This document shows, piece by piece, positions 24,601-34,983 of a stretch of DNA of 64,000 nucleotides. This DNA is from Heptranchias perlo (taxonomy: Eukaryota), in the NCBI RefSeq assembly GCF_035084215.1, contig NC_090346.1, forward strand, positions 14,446,001 through 14,510,000, read 5' to 3'. The position numbers and the translations under genes are program-made. The notes beneath the pieces are model-generated. The model did not search any database. It had not been told where the DNA came from and worked only from the letters and a program-made list of their open reading frames with translations. How positions within the stretch are numbered: the stretch's first letter is position 1; each line of letters starts with the position of its first letter.

Positions 24601-27600
24601 TATATGTTTCAATGAGATCACCTCTCACCCTTTTAAACTCCAGAGAGTATAGGCCCATTCTATTCAATCTTTCCTCATTGGACAACCCTCTCATCCCAGG
24701 ATGACCGGGGTCTTAATGGTGAGACTCCTCCTTTATTCAAAGACTATGCTTTAATATTTTTCTTGTTTTTCTTTATTTTCTTTTTGTAGTTTTTTTTCTC
24801 TCTCTCCCTTTATCTTTTCCTTTCTCTTTCCTTTTGCTTTCTCACTCTCCCATTGCTATTTTTTTTTTCTCCTGCTTGCTTTTTCTTTCTCTCGCTCTTC
24901 ATCTTTTCCAATTTTTCATTGTTTCTGGTCACTTATTTTCCTTTTCAAAGCACTGCTACCTCAATAGTGGTTGGAATTAGTGACAATGAGCATTTTGTAT
25001 TTTTAAAAAATATATATGCCCTTCTTTCCTGTATCTGCGATCAAATCCAATTTAGTTTACAGGTTGGAGATTTGATTTATCAAACTTACTCTTAGGTAAA
25101 AGAGTAGCCAGTATATTTGGATCCAAAGGTAACTGCTGACTACTAGTTTCTTTGTGCAGCATTTTAATCAAATACAGCACATCACTGACTCCCTACGTCT
25201 AGAGAGTGTGATTCTGCAGCTCAGGGCAGCGCTCAATCAGCTGTGGAGCAGACTGATGAACCTGGAGATGCAGCTGGTTGACCAGCTGGAGGTAAGACAC
25301 GACAGATTTCTCATTGTAGCGAACTATTTCCTGATGTGATTTTAAATATCCATTATGGTCAATGGAGGAGTTTAAACCTCCCCTGCAAGTGATGATTGCG
25401 TGCTGAGAAACTGTTCCATAGCTCTGCAAGTGCTAGCAGGCCTCTACTATCTCATTTGTAAGAACTTTCTTCATGTATGAACTTAGACACCTTGAGTATT
25501 GACAAACTGTTCAACCATCAGGAGGTCACAGCCAAATCTGATCCTGCCCAGTGTAGGACTAAATCAAGATTGAAGAGTAAGAAAGAAGACCTGCTAATCA
25601 GAAGGTAGTGATTGGGTGACACCAACCTTGGATTTTAAAGCTTGGAGATTGTAGGGGGAAGAGGCAATGGGCTGAAGGAGTTCCACAGTTCTGAGGCTCT
25701 GGGACAGAATGAGATAGAGTAGGAGATTGAATCTTGATTTCAATACTGTGAGGATGCATTTTGGTCAATATATTAGGGAGATTCTTGAGAAGGGAGCAAA
25801 ACACTGGTTAGTTTGCAGTATGTGTTTCAGCTGCTAATTTTAATGCTTTTTTTTTGGTTGGTTTTGCAGGAAACAACTAGGGATTTTGAACGAAATATTT
25901 CAGAAATGGTTTCAACTTACGTTGAAAATGTACAAGCCCTATATCCTTTGACGTAAACACTTCATTGTCAGCAAAAGTTAACTTAAGTACATAAGAAAGC
26001 ATGGAATGAGAAAAGGTCATTGATCCCATTAAGCCAGGTCCTTTCACAGACCTGTTGTGGACTCTACCTATTCTATTTAGACACCTGAGGGAATGTTCTG
26101 CATAAATGCTCCTTGATCCTCAAAAGATATTCCAACAAAATTGTGGAATATTCATCCAATGCCACATCTCATCAGAGGAACCATTCCATTCCATAGGGTG
26201 TTTGATAATCTCAGCACATCCTTATAACCTTTAATCCTGATCCTAATCAGATATTTATCTTTTTTGAATTTAATTGACATAGTATCAGCTGCAATTGCCA
26301 AGAGTCCACTAGTCTGTGACAAAAAAATCCTTCTAATCTCTAGTCTTCCTTGAGGTCTACTGATTTTGAAGCTGCATCTCTAATTCTGCACACAGTCCAA
26401 CTTAAATAGTCTACATATGTTGACATTATCTACACTGCTCAGAATTTTAGGCTAGCATCATGTCTTCCTTCCAATTTTCTTCTTTCCGATGAAAAACTTT
26501 CTTGTACTATAAGATATACAATATCAAACTACATTTAATGTGTTTCTTCAGATAATTAACTTACATTTTAATCTAGCCACATATAGGCTGAAATGTGTAC
26601 CATTTTCTGTGGAACATCACATCCTCTTGCCTTATAAATACAATGTAGAAGCTACCTTTTGACTTGTGTGTCCTCCAAAATGGCTATGTTAAAATCCACA
26701 CATGAGCTTCCCCAATGTTCAGTAGGAACGCGTGCCATATAGTCTGGTACTAAACCATACAGATCAGGAAGATCCTAGGTTTGATCCTGGTTCTGTGTGG
26801 AATTATCTGATCTGAGCGGGGGCAATAGTTGGGACCCTAAAATTGACCTTAGGGAAGGGAAAAATCAGTCAGGGTTCCTACTCCTGATTGCTATCCGTTG
26901 ATCCCTGCTGGAAAGTGTGGGTGTCAGGTTAGAACAGGGTCAATCAGAATCTGTACTACCCTCCCTGATCAGTAGCATGCTGACACCCACTGTCTAGGTT
27001 TATTCATGAAAAGTGAACACTTGGGTGAGATACGGTGTCCCAAAACCGTACCCAGCAAAAAGTGCATGCCTTCAGAAGAGGAGAAAATAGGTGGGGGAAA
27101 TAAAACAAAAGATATGATTATCAGTAGAATCTTGCTATCTATCCTAAATATATTTCTGAATTAAATGGGAGTGCACTTCTGTCCTTTGGAACCTTAACAT
27201 AATCTACAATAGCTCAGTGCCGGGACTTGGAGAACCATCACAACGAGGACATGTTGGAAATCGCTATAAGCAGTTATGAAAAGATGGGAAAGAATGAGGG
27301 GGAAGAGGAAATGCCAGAAGAACTCCGAGCAGTAAGAGAAGGGTTTTTCCTGCACAATGACATTCTACGTTTATATTTGAAAAAGCAAAAATTTGATTGA
27401 GTTTCTACACACTTGAACAATAAATACTCTGCAGAAAATGCAATGTTTGGTGTTTCTGGAGGGTATTTTCTCTCTTCCATTCCCTTGGCCCCCTAGAGGA
27501 GCATGGGTGAGTGGCATGTACGCAGGCTCTGCCAATGCTCCTCAGAAGCTGGTTCCGTGGAGATGCGCGAGCGCAGCCCAGAATGATGCTCCATCTCGTT

Positions 27601-30600
27601 TCCCCTTTCCCTCCCTGGCATCACTCTATGACACATCCACTCTACACTTCCTCCTGTCTCTCCAGCAGCCTCAATCGGATGTGATACCACAGATCAATGA
27701 GAAAACAATTCAGCCCCTTTTCAACCACCATTACAAGCACACACTCCACCTCAACCCTTATTTTGTCCATTCTTCCCAGCCTCCTTTCCTGCTATCGTGG
27801 TCTACCCTGCTCTGCGTACTCCCTCCAACTAAGCCCCACCCCAGTATTGCAGCTCTGGCTCTACCCCCGATCTTAAGTGCAGCAGCCAGCTCCCCACCCA
27901 ATCCCAAGCCCAATTGTTAGCAGCTAGCTCTCTGACCAGCCCAGTCCCAAAGGCAGCAACCAGCTCCTGCATGACTTCAACTACAGCCAATCTGCTTGGT
28001 CCCACCCGAAGGTAGGTAGAGAGTAAACATTGGGCGTCCATTTAAATGCAATAGAATGGCAGCATTGTTTTACTTTTTGTATTAGACACACACTTTATGT
28101 CCTTTGAGGTATTTGCATTGTAATTTTTAAGTTTATGTAATTTACAATATTGATCTATTTAAACAACAATTTATAATACTGGAATAATTCAACTATTTAA
28201 TGTGCATATATAAAGTCTTGCATATAGCACATACTTCCTCTAAATGTCACTTACTTCCTACAACACCTCGCGCATTTCATTAATGACAACCGTACTGTTA
28301 TAAAACATCAACCCTTCACCATGAGCAATGTCATGGGAGATCCGCTAATATAAGATTTTATTTATGTCCCATGTTGATTGGTCCGTGCTAGCCATGTGAC
28401 TGGTAATTATTATTGTTCACATGATTACCAGAGATCAATCTGCCACTCCTGTTCCGGTCATCATTTTACAGCCAACCCCAACCCCCACCTCCTTGCTCTC
28501 TCTGCGCCAACAGCCCATGCCAAGGCAACAAGACAAACTAAATGCCAACCCACTGTTCCCAGAGAAAGACCAGATCATTTCTGCAGCTATCACTAGAGCC
28601 ACCTGCACTTCAAAAGTAATTAATTGGCTGCAAAGCACTTTGGGACATGATGAAAACGTTAAAAAGTGCTATATAAATGCAAGCGTTTTTTTATTACCAA
28701 ACACATGCTTTATCAGCACATAACATGTTTTCTTTGTTTCTTTTATACAGCTCTTTGTAGATAAGGATACAGTCGTCAATACGGTTAATGCATCACATGA
28801 CCTGCACCTGCTTAAGATTGACAACCAAGAAGACAAAATGGTGACTAGGGCAAATGGCTGGGTCACTGATTTGATTGAGAAGGTAAGGACAACCAGAATG
28901 GTTTAGTTCTGTGTTATTTTTATGTATGGTTCAGATGAATAAGCACACAAAATTTGAAGTTAAAGGGCCCATCAGCTTGATATTGTACTGTGGTAAAGAC
29001 TGGAAGTCAGTAACAGTTCAAAATGCAGTGATTGAACTTTAATTCCAGGTACATGAAATAGGTATAGGGTGAATCCTGTGATAGCTGAGAAATGTAAATG
29101 CATGATATGGGACTATCTCTTCCTCGAAGGTCCTAGAATTAAAGAAAGAAGAAATAAAGTACTTGCATTTATATAGCACCTTTCGTGACCTCAGGATGTC
29201 CCAAAGCGCTTTACAGCCAATGAAGTACTTTTGAAGCGTAGTCACTGTAGGAAACACGGCAGCCGGTTTGCACACAGCAAGGACCCGCAAACAGCAATGA
29301 GACAATGAGCAAGGGACTAGTAAGAAGGAGGAATTAAAGGAAATTAGTATTAGTAAAAAATAGTGCTGGAGAAATTAATGGGACTGAAAGCCGATAAATC
29401 CCCAGGGCCTGATAATCTGCATCGCAGAGTACTAAAAGAGGTAGCCATGGAAATAGTGGATGCATTAGTTGTCATTTTCCAAAATTATACAGATTATGGA
29501 ACAGTTCCTGCAGATTGGAGGGTGGTAAATGTAACCCCATTATTTAAAAAAGGAGGGAGAGAGAAAACATGGAACTACAGACCGGTTAGCCTAACATCAG
29601 TAGTGGGGAAAATGCTCGAGTCTATTATGAAGGATGTGATAACAGGACATTTAGAAGATATCAACGGGATTAGACAAAGTCAACATAGATTTATGAAAGG
29701 GAAATCATGTTTGACAAACCTACTGGAGTTTTTTGAGGATGTAACTGGTAGAATAGATAAGGGGGAACCAGTGGATGTGGTTTATTTGGATTTTCAGAAG
29801 GCCTTTGATAAAGTCCCACATAAGAGGTTATTGTGCAAAATTAAAGCACATGGGATTGGGGGTAATATACTGGCATGGATTGAAAATTGGTTAACAGACA
29901 GGAAACAGAGAGTAGGAATAAATGGGTCTTTTTCGGGGTGGCAGGCTGTGACTAGTGGGGTACCGCAGGGATCAGTGCTTGGGCCCCAGCTATTCACAAT
30001 ATATATCAATGATTTGGATGAGGGAACCAAATGTAATATTTCCAAGTTTGCTGACGACACAAAACTAGGTGAGATCGTGGGTTGTGAGGAGGATGCAAAG
30101 AGGCTTCAAGGTGATTTAGACAAGTTGAGTGAGTGGGCGGGCAAATACATGGCAGATGCAGTATAATGTGGATAAATCTGAAGTTATCCACTTCAGAAGG
30201 AAAAACAGAAAGGCAGAGTATTATTTAAATGGTGATAGATTGGGGAATGTTGATGTACAAAGGGACCTGGGTGTCCTTGTACACCAGTCACTGAAAGCAA
30301 ATATGCAGGTGCAGCAAGCAGTTAGGAAGGCAAATGGTATGTTGGCCTTCATTGCAAGAGAATTTGAGTACAGGAGTAAGGATGTCTTACTGCAGTTATA
30401 CAGGGCCTTGATGGGACCAGACCTGGAGTATTGTGTGCAGTTTTGGTCTCCTTACCTAAGAAAGGATATACTTGCCGTAGAGGGAGTGCAGCGAAGGTTC
30501 ACCAGACTGATTCCTGGGATGGCAGGACTGTCGTATGAGGAGAGATTGGGTCGACTCGGCCTGTATTCACTCGAGTTTAGAAGAATGAGAGGGGATCTCA

Positions 30601-32107
30601 TTGTAACATATAAAATTCTGACAGGGCTAGACAGGCTGGATGCAGGAAGGATGTTTCCCCTGGCTGGGGGGGTCCAGAATGTGAGGGGTCACAGTCTCAG
30701 GATATGGAGTAGGACATTTAGGACTGAGATGAGGAGAAATTTCTTCACTCAGATGGTAGTGAACCTGTGGAATTCTCTACCTCAGAAGGCTGTGGAGGCC
30801 AAGTCACTGAATATATTTAAGATGGAGCTAGATAGATTTCTAGACACAAAAGGCATCAAGGGGTATGGGGTGGGAGCGGGAATATGGTATTGAGATAGAG
30901 GGTCAGCCATGATCATATTGAATGGCGGAGCAGGCTCAAAGGGCCGAATGGCCTACTCCTGCTTCTATTTTCTATGTTCTATGTTCCTATAATGACAAGA
31001 TAATCTGTTTTGGTGATGTTGAATGAGACATTAATATTTGCCAGGACACTGGGAAGAACTGCTCTGGCTCTTTTTCAGATAGTGCCATGGGATCTTTTAC
31101 TTCCACCTGAGAGGGTAGACAGGGCCATGATTTAATGGCTCATCCAAAAGATGGCACCTCCAACAGTGCAGCACTCCCTCAGTACTGCATTGGAATGTTA
31201 GTTTAGATTATGTACTCAAGTCTCTGGAGTGGGACTTGAACGCGCAACCTTCTGACTTAGAGGCGAGAATGCTGCCACTGAGCCACAGCTGGTCAGTGTA
31301 GTGTTAGCAGATTCCATTATAGGAGCATTACAGTTGGTTCCAGAACCCCTTGGTGGGGGGAGGGAATCAGGCAGAGACTCTTGCTCCCGATCATGGTCAT
31401 TGAGACCTGTTAGAAGAGCGCTCTTGTGGGAATCTTGTGTGAGGACAAGATCGGTCTTGGTTGTGACACCTTCCATAGCTGAATAGCCTGCCAACATGGG
31501 CAAGGTATTGTTGGGGGGGGGGGGGGGGGGGGACGCGTGCAACTAGCACCTGTGGAACTGGACCTCAGTGAAAGCCAGCATATTCAGGGAAAGAAATAAA
31601 GAAAATTGGGGGTTGGGGGAAGAAGGAAACAAAATTAGATACAGGACCTAATGGCAACTCAAATGTTGGGCAAACTGTTGGGGGAGGAATGGATTTATTA
31701 TCCTACACAAATAAAACAGAAAAAACCCAGGGGCAATAAAGGGAAAAAGTACCCTGGAAAATTCCTCTCCGACCCCCCCCTCCCCACCCCCCTACCCCCC
31801 TCCCAGGCGATCGAAACCAGTCCAGGAGATCACATGGACCAAACCGGTCTTTAAGCACTTTCTCAGTTAGAGGCGGACACATGGGGTTGGAGAAGGGAGG
31901 GTTATACAGGAAAGAATATATCTTGAAAAATAAGGGTGGAGGATAAATGTTTTAATTTGCAACGCAGTAACCTGCTTGTTTATATTTTTTTTGTAGCTGC
32001 ACACAGACGAAATAAACCGTAACCGTAAGCGAGTTTTGGAAATTAACATCTACATCCACCACTGGCAGGATGAGCTGGATTTCCTTGAACTCCAAGACAT
32101 GAATTGA
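6458..32107 (+). CDS. DRC3: Dynein regulatory complex subunit 3 (LRRC48), complete 12-exon CDS, 1569 nt, 522 aa
   Basis: join(6458-6617,7812-7928,9544-9710,9855-10001,12631-12750,14886-14998,18401-18575,25160-25291,25870-25940,27208-27331,28751-28882,31997-32107). Phases are consistent with no internal stops. N-terminal LRRs then coiled coil, colinear with recalled human DRC3. Confidence 0.95.
6857..7240 (-). mobile_element. L2-like LINE 3' remnant
   Basis: Reverse-complement similarity to the L2-type 3' end at 56450-56815. Confidence 0.6.
7812..7928 (+). CDS. DRC3: DRC3 coding exon 2 (LRR)
   Basis: [38 protein letters not shown]; AG / GTAAG boundaries. Confidence 0.95.
8455..8860 (-). mobile_element. 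Deu-domain SINE copy
   Basis: Reverse complement of the 44285-44724 family. Confidence 0.8.
9544..9710 (+). CDS. DRC3: DRC3 coding exon 3 (LRR)
   Basis: [55 protein letters not shown]; TAG / GTAAGT. Confidence 0.95.
9855..10001 (+). CDS. DRC3: DRC3 coding exon 4 (LRR cap)
   Basis: [49 protein letters not shown]; CAG / GTAAGT. Confidence 0.95.
12004..12462 (+). mobile_element. Deu-domain SINE with inverted middle segment
   Basis: Head +, about 12160-12362 -, tail +. Confidence 0.8.
12631..12750 (+). CDS. DRC3: DRC3 coding exon 5
   Basis: [40 protein letters not shown] (40 aa, same length as the recalled human segment); AAG / GTAGG. Confidence 0.88.
14886..14998 (+). CDS. DRC3: DRC3 coding exon 6, followed by a U12 AT-AC intron
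   Basis: [37 protein letters not shown](I); donor ATATCCCTTT at 14999. Confidence 0.9.
15918..18175 (+). mobile_element. CR1 (HER1-like) LINE, 5'-truncated, inside a U12 intron
   Basis: [45 protein letters not shown] motifs; tail ggggctgaatggcctactcctgttcctatgttcc. Confidence 0.93.
18401..18575 (+). CDS. DRC3: DRC3 coding exon 7
   Basis: [58 protein letters not shown]; branch TCCTTGAC 18383-18390, AC acceptor 18399-18400, donor GTAAGG. Confidence 0.92.
18920..22646 (-). mobile_element. tRNA-headed LINE family, copy 2, full length with Pol III head, interrupted by a nested fragment
   Basis: Same APE-RT. T tail at 18920. The 5' end reads GGGTACGGTAGCATAGTGG (A box 22638-22628), B-box-like AATTCAAATCC 22574-22564. 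Confidence 0.95.
20705..21199 (+). mobile_element. 3' fragment of the same LINE family inserted antisense into copy 2
   Basis: Interrupts the host sequence cccgttag|ttgtttaatt seen intact at 52515-52532; carries the ORF end, 3' UTR and A tail. Confidence 0.93.
24255..24700 (-). mobile_element. CR1 (HER1-like) 3' fragment
   Basis: ORF 24401-24694 [21 protein letters not shown] plus CR1 3' UTR. Confidence 0.88.
24765..24945 (+). repeat. Pyrimidine-rich low-complexity tract
   Basis: Almost entirely T/C. Confidence 0.8.
25160..25291 (+). CDS. DRC3: DRC3 coding exon 8
   Basis: [44 protein letters not shown]; CAG / GTAAGA. Confidence 0.92.
25870..25940 (+). CDS. DRC3: DRC3 coding exon 9, followed by a U12 AT-AC intron
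   Basis: [23 protein letters not shown](L); donor ATATCCTTTG at 25941. Confidence 0.93.
26730..27100 (+). mobile_element. Second, older tRNA-SINE-like family (representative copy)
   Basis: Recurring motif cagggttcctactcctgat...cctgctggaaagtg...tgtctaggctcaca. Degenerate copies near 10475-10815(-), 11390-11700, 12865-13140, 15175-15405(-), 15530-15865, 22655-22960, 31310-31620, 33270-33500, 35545-35810(-), 38885-39210(-). Confidence 0.65.
27208..27331 (+). CDS. DRC3: DRC3 coding exon 10
   Basis: [41 protein letters not shown]; branch CCTTAAC 27192-27198, AC 27206-27207, donor GTAAGA. Confidence 0.93.
28751..28882 (+). CDS. DRC3: DRC3 coding exon 11
   Basis: [44 protein letters not shown]; CAG / GTAAGG. 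Confidence 0.95.
29158..31300 (-). mobile_element. Deu-domain SINE split by the CR1 insertion (29158-29310 and 30990-31300)
   Basis: The halves join in register (acagcaatgagacaatga / ataatgacaagataatctg). Confidence 0.8.
29312..30989 (+). mobile_element. CR1 (HER1-like) LINE, 5'-truncated, inserted in a Deu-SINE
   Basis: RT ORFs 29363-30166 and 30129-30893; tail ttctatgttctatgttcctat; SINE halves on both sides. Confidence 0.95.
31997..32107 (+). CDS. DRC3: DRC3 last coding exon
   Basis: [36 protein letters not shown]-stop (TGA 32105-32107). Confidence 0.95.
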   Translation: MHTDEINRNRKRVLEINIYIHHWQDELDFLELQDMN

Positions 32108-32853
32108 TCCCTAAATGTAATGTGAAGGCAGGGGGGGGGGAGGAGGAGGAGGGAGGGATGGCACCCTGTGGCTGCCAGAATCTTGAGTTGCTGTGAGTGT
32201 TGTGTTCTTTTTATAACGGCTGATATTCTGTTTAGGCTCTGGTGTAACCAGATTTAAATTGGAATATTGTAATACTAAGTTTTTAAAATTTGTTCCCCCC
32301 TCCCCCTTCCCACCACATGAAGGTGCCGCCTGTACAGCCAGACAGCTTCTCTAGTTCACTGCCCTCTCTGATCAGTGATTAGAACCCTTATGATACAGAG
32401 ATATTGAAGAATCGATGCCTCCCCATCAATGACCCCACTACAAGCCATGGTGCAAAACCACCCCATCTCAGTGGAAATACAGCGGGTGCTCCTGGGACTT
32501 GACCATAACCTGTCTGGTTAGCCAGTGCTGTACTTTTTCTTAGAAATCCCCAGGCCTGGGAATTGACTTCTAGCCACTATTTTTAGCAGCCTCTAAAACT
32601 GCATTTGTTTCAGCAAATGAACATTTGTCATTGTACTGGAGAACATGCATTACTTCACTTGCATATCTCCTACTCAAGCTCATTCTTCCTAGTATTCCTC
32701 ACCTCTCTGTCTGTCCTTCCTTCTACAATCTACACACTTAAATCCCAAGCGTGGTGCTTCCTAACCACTACTTCATTTATCACATGTTCTTTCCTACTCC
32801 TTTCAGCCTTGGTGGAGTTCTGAACTGTGAGCCTTATCCCTGGTTTTCTCAAT

Positions 32854-32960
32854 AATAAAAACACAATGCTTGCATTTTGTTCTGTGGCAAGAGTGGCATA
32901 TTTTAAAATATCTGACAAATAGTGGCTGGAGTTTTCTTTAAACATCAGAATATGAATAAA
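32854..32960 (+). terminator. Candidate DRC3 polyadenylation signals
   Basis: AATAAA at 32854-32859 and 32955-32960, downstream of the stop. Confidence 0.45.
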
Positions 32961-34394
32961 CTATACCCTATACATTTTTCAAAAACCCACCTTTTTAAAA
33001 AAGAGCCTTTGCTTTCCTTTACTAACCTTGCCTTCTCTCATTTTGCAACACTGAATGCTAGATTGAGTACCTGTGTAAATTGACATATTATAGTATCAGT
33101 TCAATGCATTGATTGCTTAGTGTTAAAAGGATGCAAAACTGTAAATTAGAGAAAATTGTTCCACTGATCTTTTCTTTGTTTTGTAAATGCATCATTTTAT
33201 GTTTGAAAGTCATAACATGACCTGGTACAGAGCAACTCTATAAAAAGGGGCAGGTTCAAACACGCATCACCCTCCGTTGCACTGAGCTACACAGACCAGG
33301 CCGATCATTGGTCTGTGTGAGAGTTAGCTGATCTCTTCTGGTTCCAGTGTGAAGTGCTAAAGTCCTCCTGGGTGGGGGGTAACCGGTAACCAACATTCAG
33401 TCATACGTGAACTGTGGTCATTTAGATAGGTACCAGATGAGGTGTCTATAGAATCCTACCCTCCTGAGCTCCACAGGAGAAAAAGGGAAGAAAACTGGGG
33501 AACATAGTACATATAAAGGAAGTGATAATAGAAGACCCATTCTATGATGATATGGAGCACCCCAGTAATTCTAGTAGGATTCCTGTGCTCTCCGATCACA
33601 ATTGTTCTGTACCATCACTCAGTCCCATAGAAATGTGGGCAAGCAGACTATAATCTTACCATCTCCAACAGCCATGTCAAAAGCCAATCTCTTAACCTTT
33701 CATAGAACCAATATGGAACACATGATCAGATCATCTACCACACGTTTGATTGTGCTCATTCAATATGAAGTTAACTTGAGAAAAGAAATCTGAGGTGCTG
33801 TTGCTGGATCTCATTGCCAAGAAAGGCACTTTTATGTAGGGACTTTAATACAGCAAAACATCTCAAAGCACTTCACTAAAGGAGGAGGAAATTGGACACC
33901 AAGTGACAGTGGTAGAAGAGTTAGGGGAAATGGCTGAAGCAAAGTCAAAGATGTTTGGAGTTGGGAAAGAGATATAAAATATAAAGGGGTTTAGGAAGAA
34001 AATTCCAAACTGCAATTTTCAAGCTCTGGAGTGAAAGAAAACACATGCCTTTTTAAATTTACAAACCCAAGTGGTGAGTATTAAATTCCAAAATTATGTC
34101 AGGGCAGGAAAAAAAAACAATTCAACTAATAGAGGCAATGTGCACCACTGGGTGGTGACGTGGACTGGAAGGGACAAAGTGGAGTTCTTGCAGTGAATAC
34201 ACTGAGCATCATCAAAATATATAGTACTTGAGATAAAAATGGAAGGTGACTGACTGTTCCCTCTGTGGAATGCACCACCTGCTACTGTGATTGTGACTTG
34301 TTTTTGTCAGTTCCCAATCACATATGTTAAGAATAATGCATAATATTCCCTAGATCACTGTATTTTAAAATCATTCAAGCCTTGGCAGTGTTGA

Positions 34395-34502
34395 TGATTG
34401 TAAACAATTTTACAACACCAAGTTATAGTCCAACAAATTTATTTTAAATTCCACAAGCTTTCGGAGGCTTCCTCCTTCCTCAGGTGAACGGTATGGAAAT
34501 GA
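34395..34502 (-). mobile_element. Penelope-like terminal repeat fragment
   Basis: Short insert carrying a minimal hammerhead followed by AATAAA. Class assigned from the known link between such hammerheads and Penelope-like elements. Confidence 0.6.
34449..34488 (-). ncRNA. Minimal type I hammerhead ribozyme motif
   Basis: UUCAC-CUGAGGA-A-GGAGG(AAG)CCUCC-GAAA-GC-UU-GUGGA: core boxes, 5-bp stem II, palindromic AAGCUU stem III, stem I UUCAC/GUGGA. Confidence 0.7.
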
Positions 34503-34845
34503 CTGGACTGGCAGAAGAAAACCTTATGAAAAATCATTTAATCCTTAATTTCTATGCAAAACTTTTAAAATTCATGTTATTCACATGAATAGATGTACTG
34601 CTTGTTACCTCAAAGTTCTTTTTTTTTCCCTTTTAATTATCATTAATCCCTAAAGTTTCATGAAATGAGTTAATGAATTCACCGTTTACAGGTGTGTTTT
34701 TTTAAAAAGGAGGCATCAACTCCCAGTGAACAGGACTGTTCAACAGGCAGAACACTTTTTATTTTTTAAATTACGGACTATCATGTACCCATCCGGGGAA
34801 AAAAATTCTGCAGTTACATGAAAGCTGGACAGACGATCAGTCGCT

Positions 34846-34983
34846 TCAGTCCTGCAGTAGCTTGTGTTTGACAGTGGAGCTCTCTGAACACAGATGGACG
34901 AACAAGGTTCCTGCAGCCGTGCGGGATCGAAGCTCATGGAGGTCGTAGTCATGCGCCCATTCAACGTTTCCCCAACACTCAAT
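34846..34983 (-). CDS. ATPAF2: ATPAF2 exon 8 (last)
   Basis: IECWGNVEWAHDYDLHELRSRTAAGTLFVHLCSESSTVKHKLLQD-stop; minus-strand AATAAA at 34758-34763. Confidence 0.95.
   Translation of the reverse strand: MECWGNVEWAHDYDLHELRSRTAAGTLFVHLCSESSTVKHKLLQD

Noticed and set aside
31680-31850. Possible structured RNA near the last DRC3 exon
   Set aside because: No snRNA or snoRNA boxes recognised; more likely a retroelement UTR remnant, and I cannot support a call.
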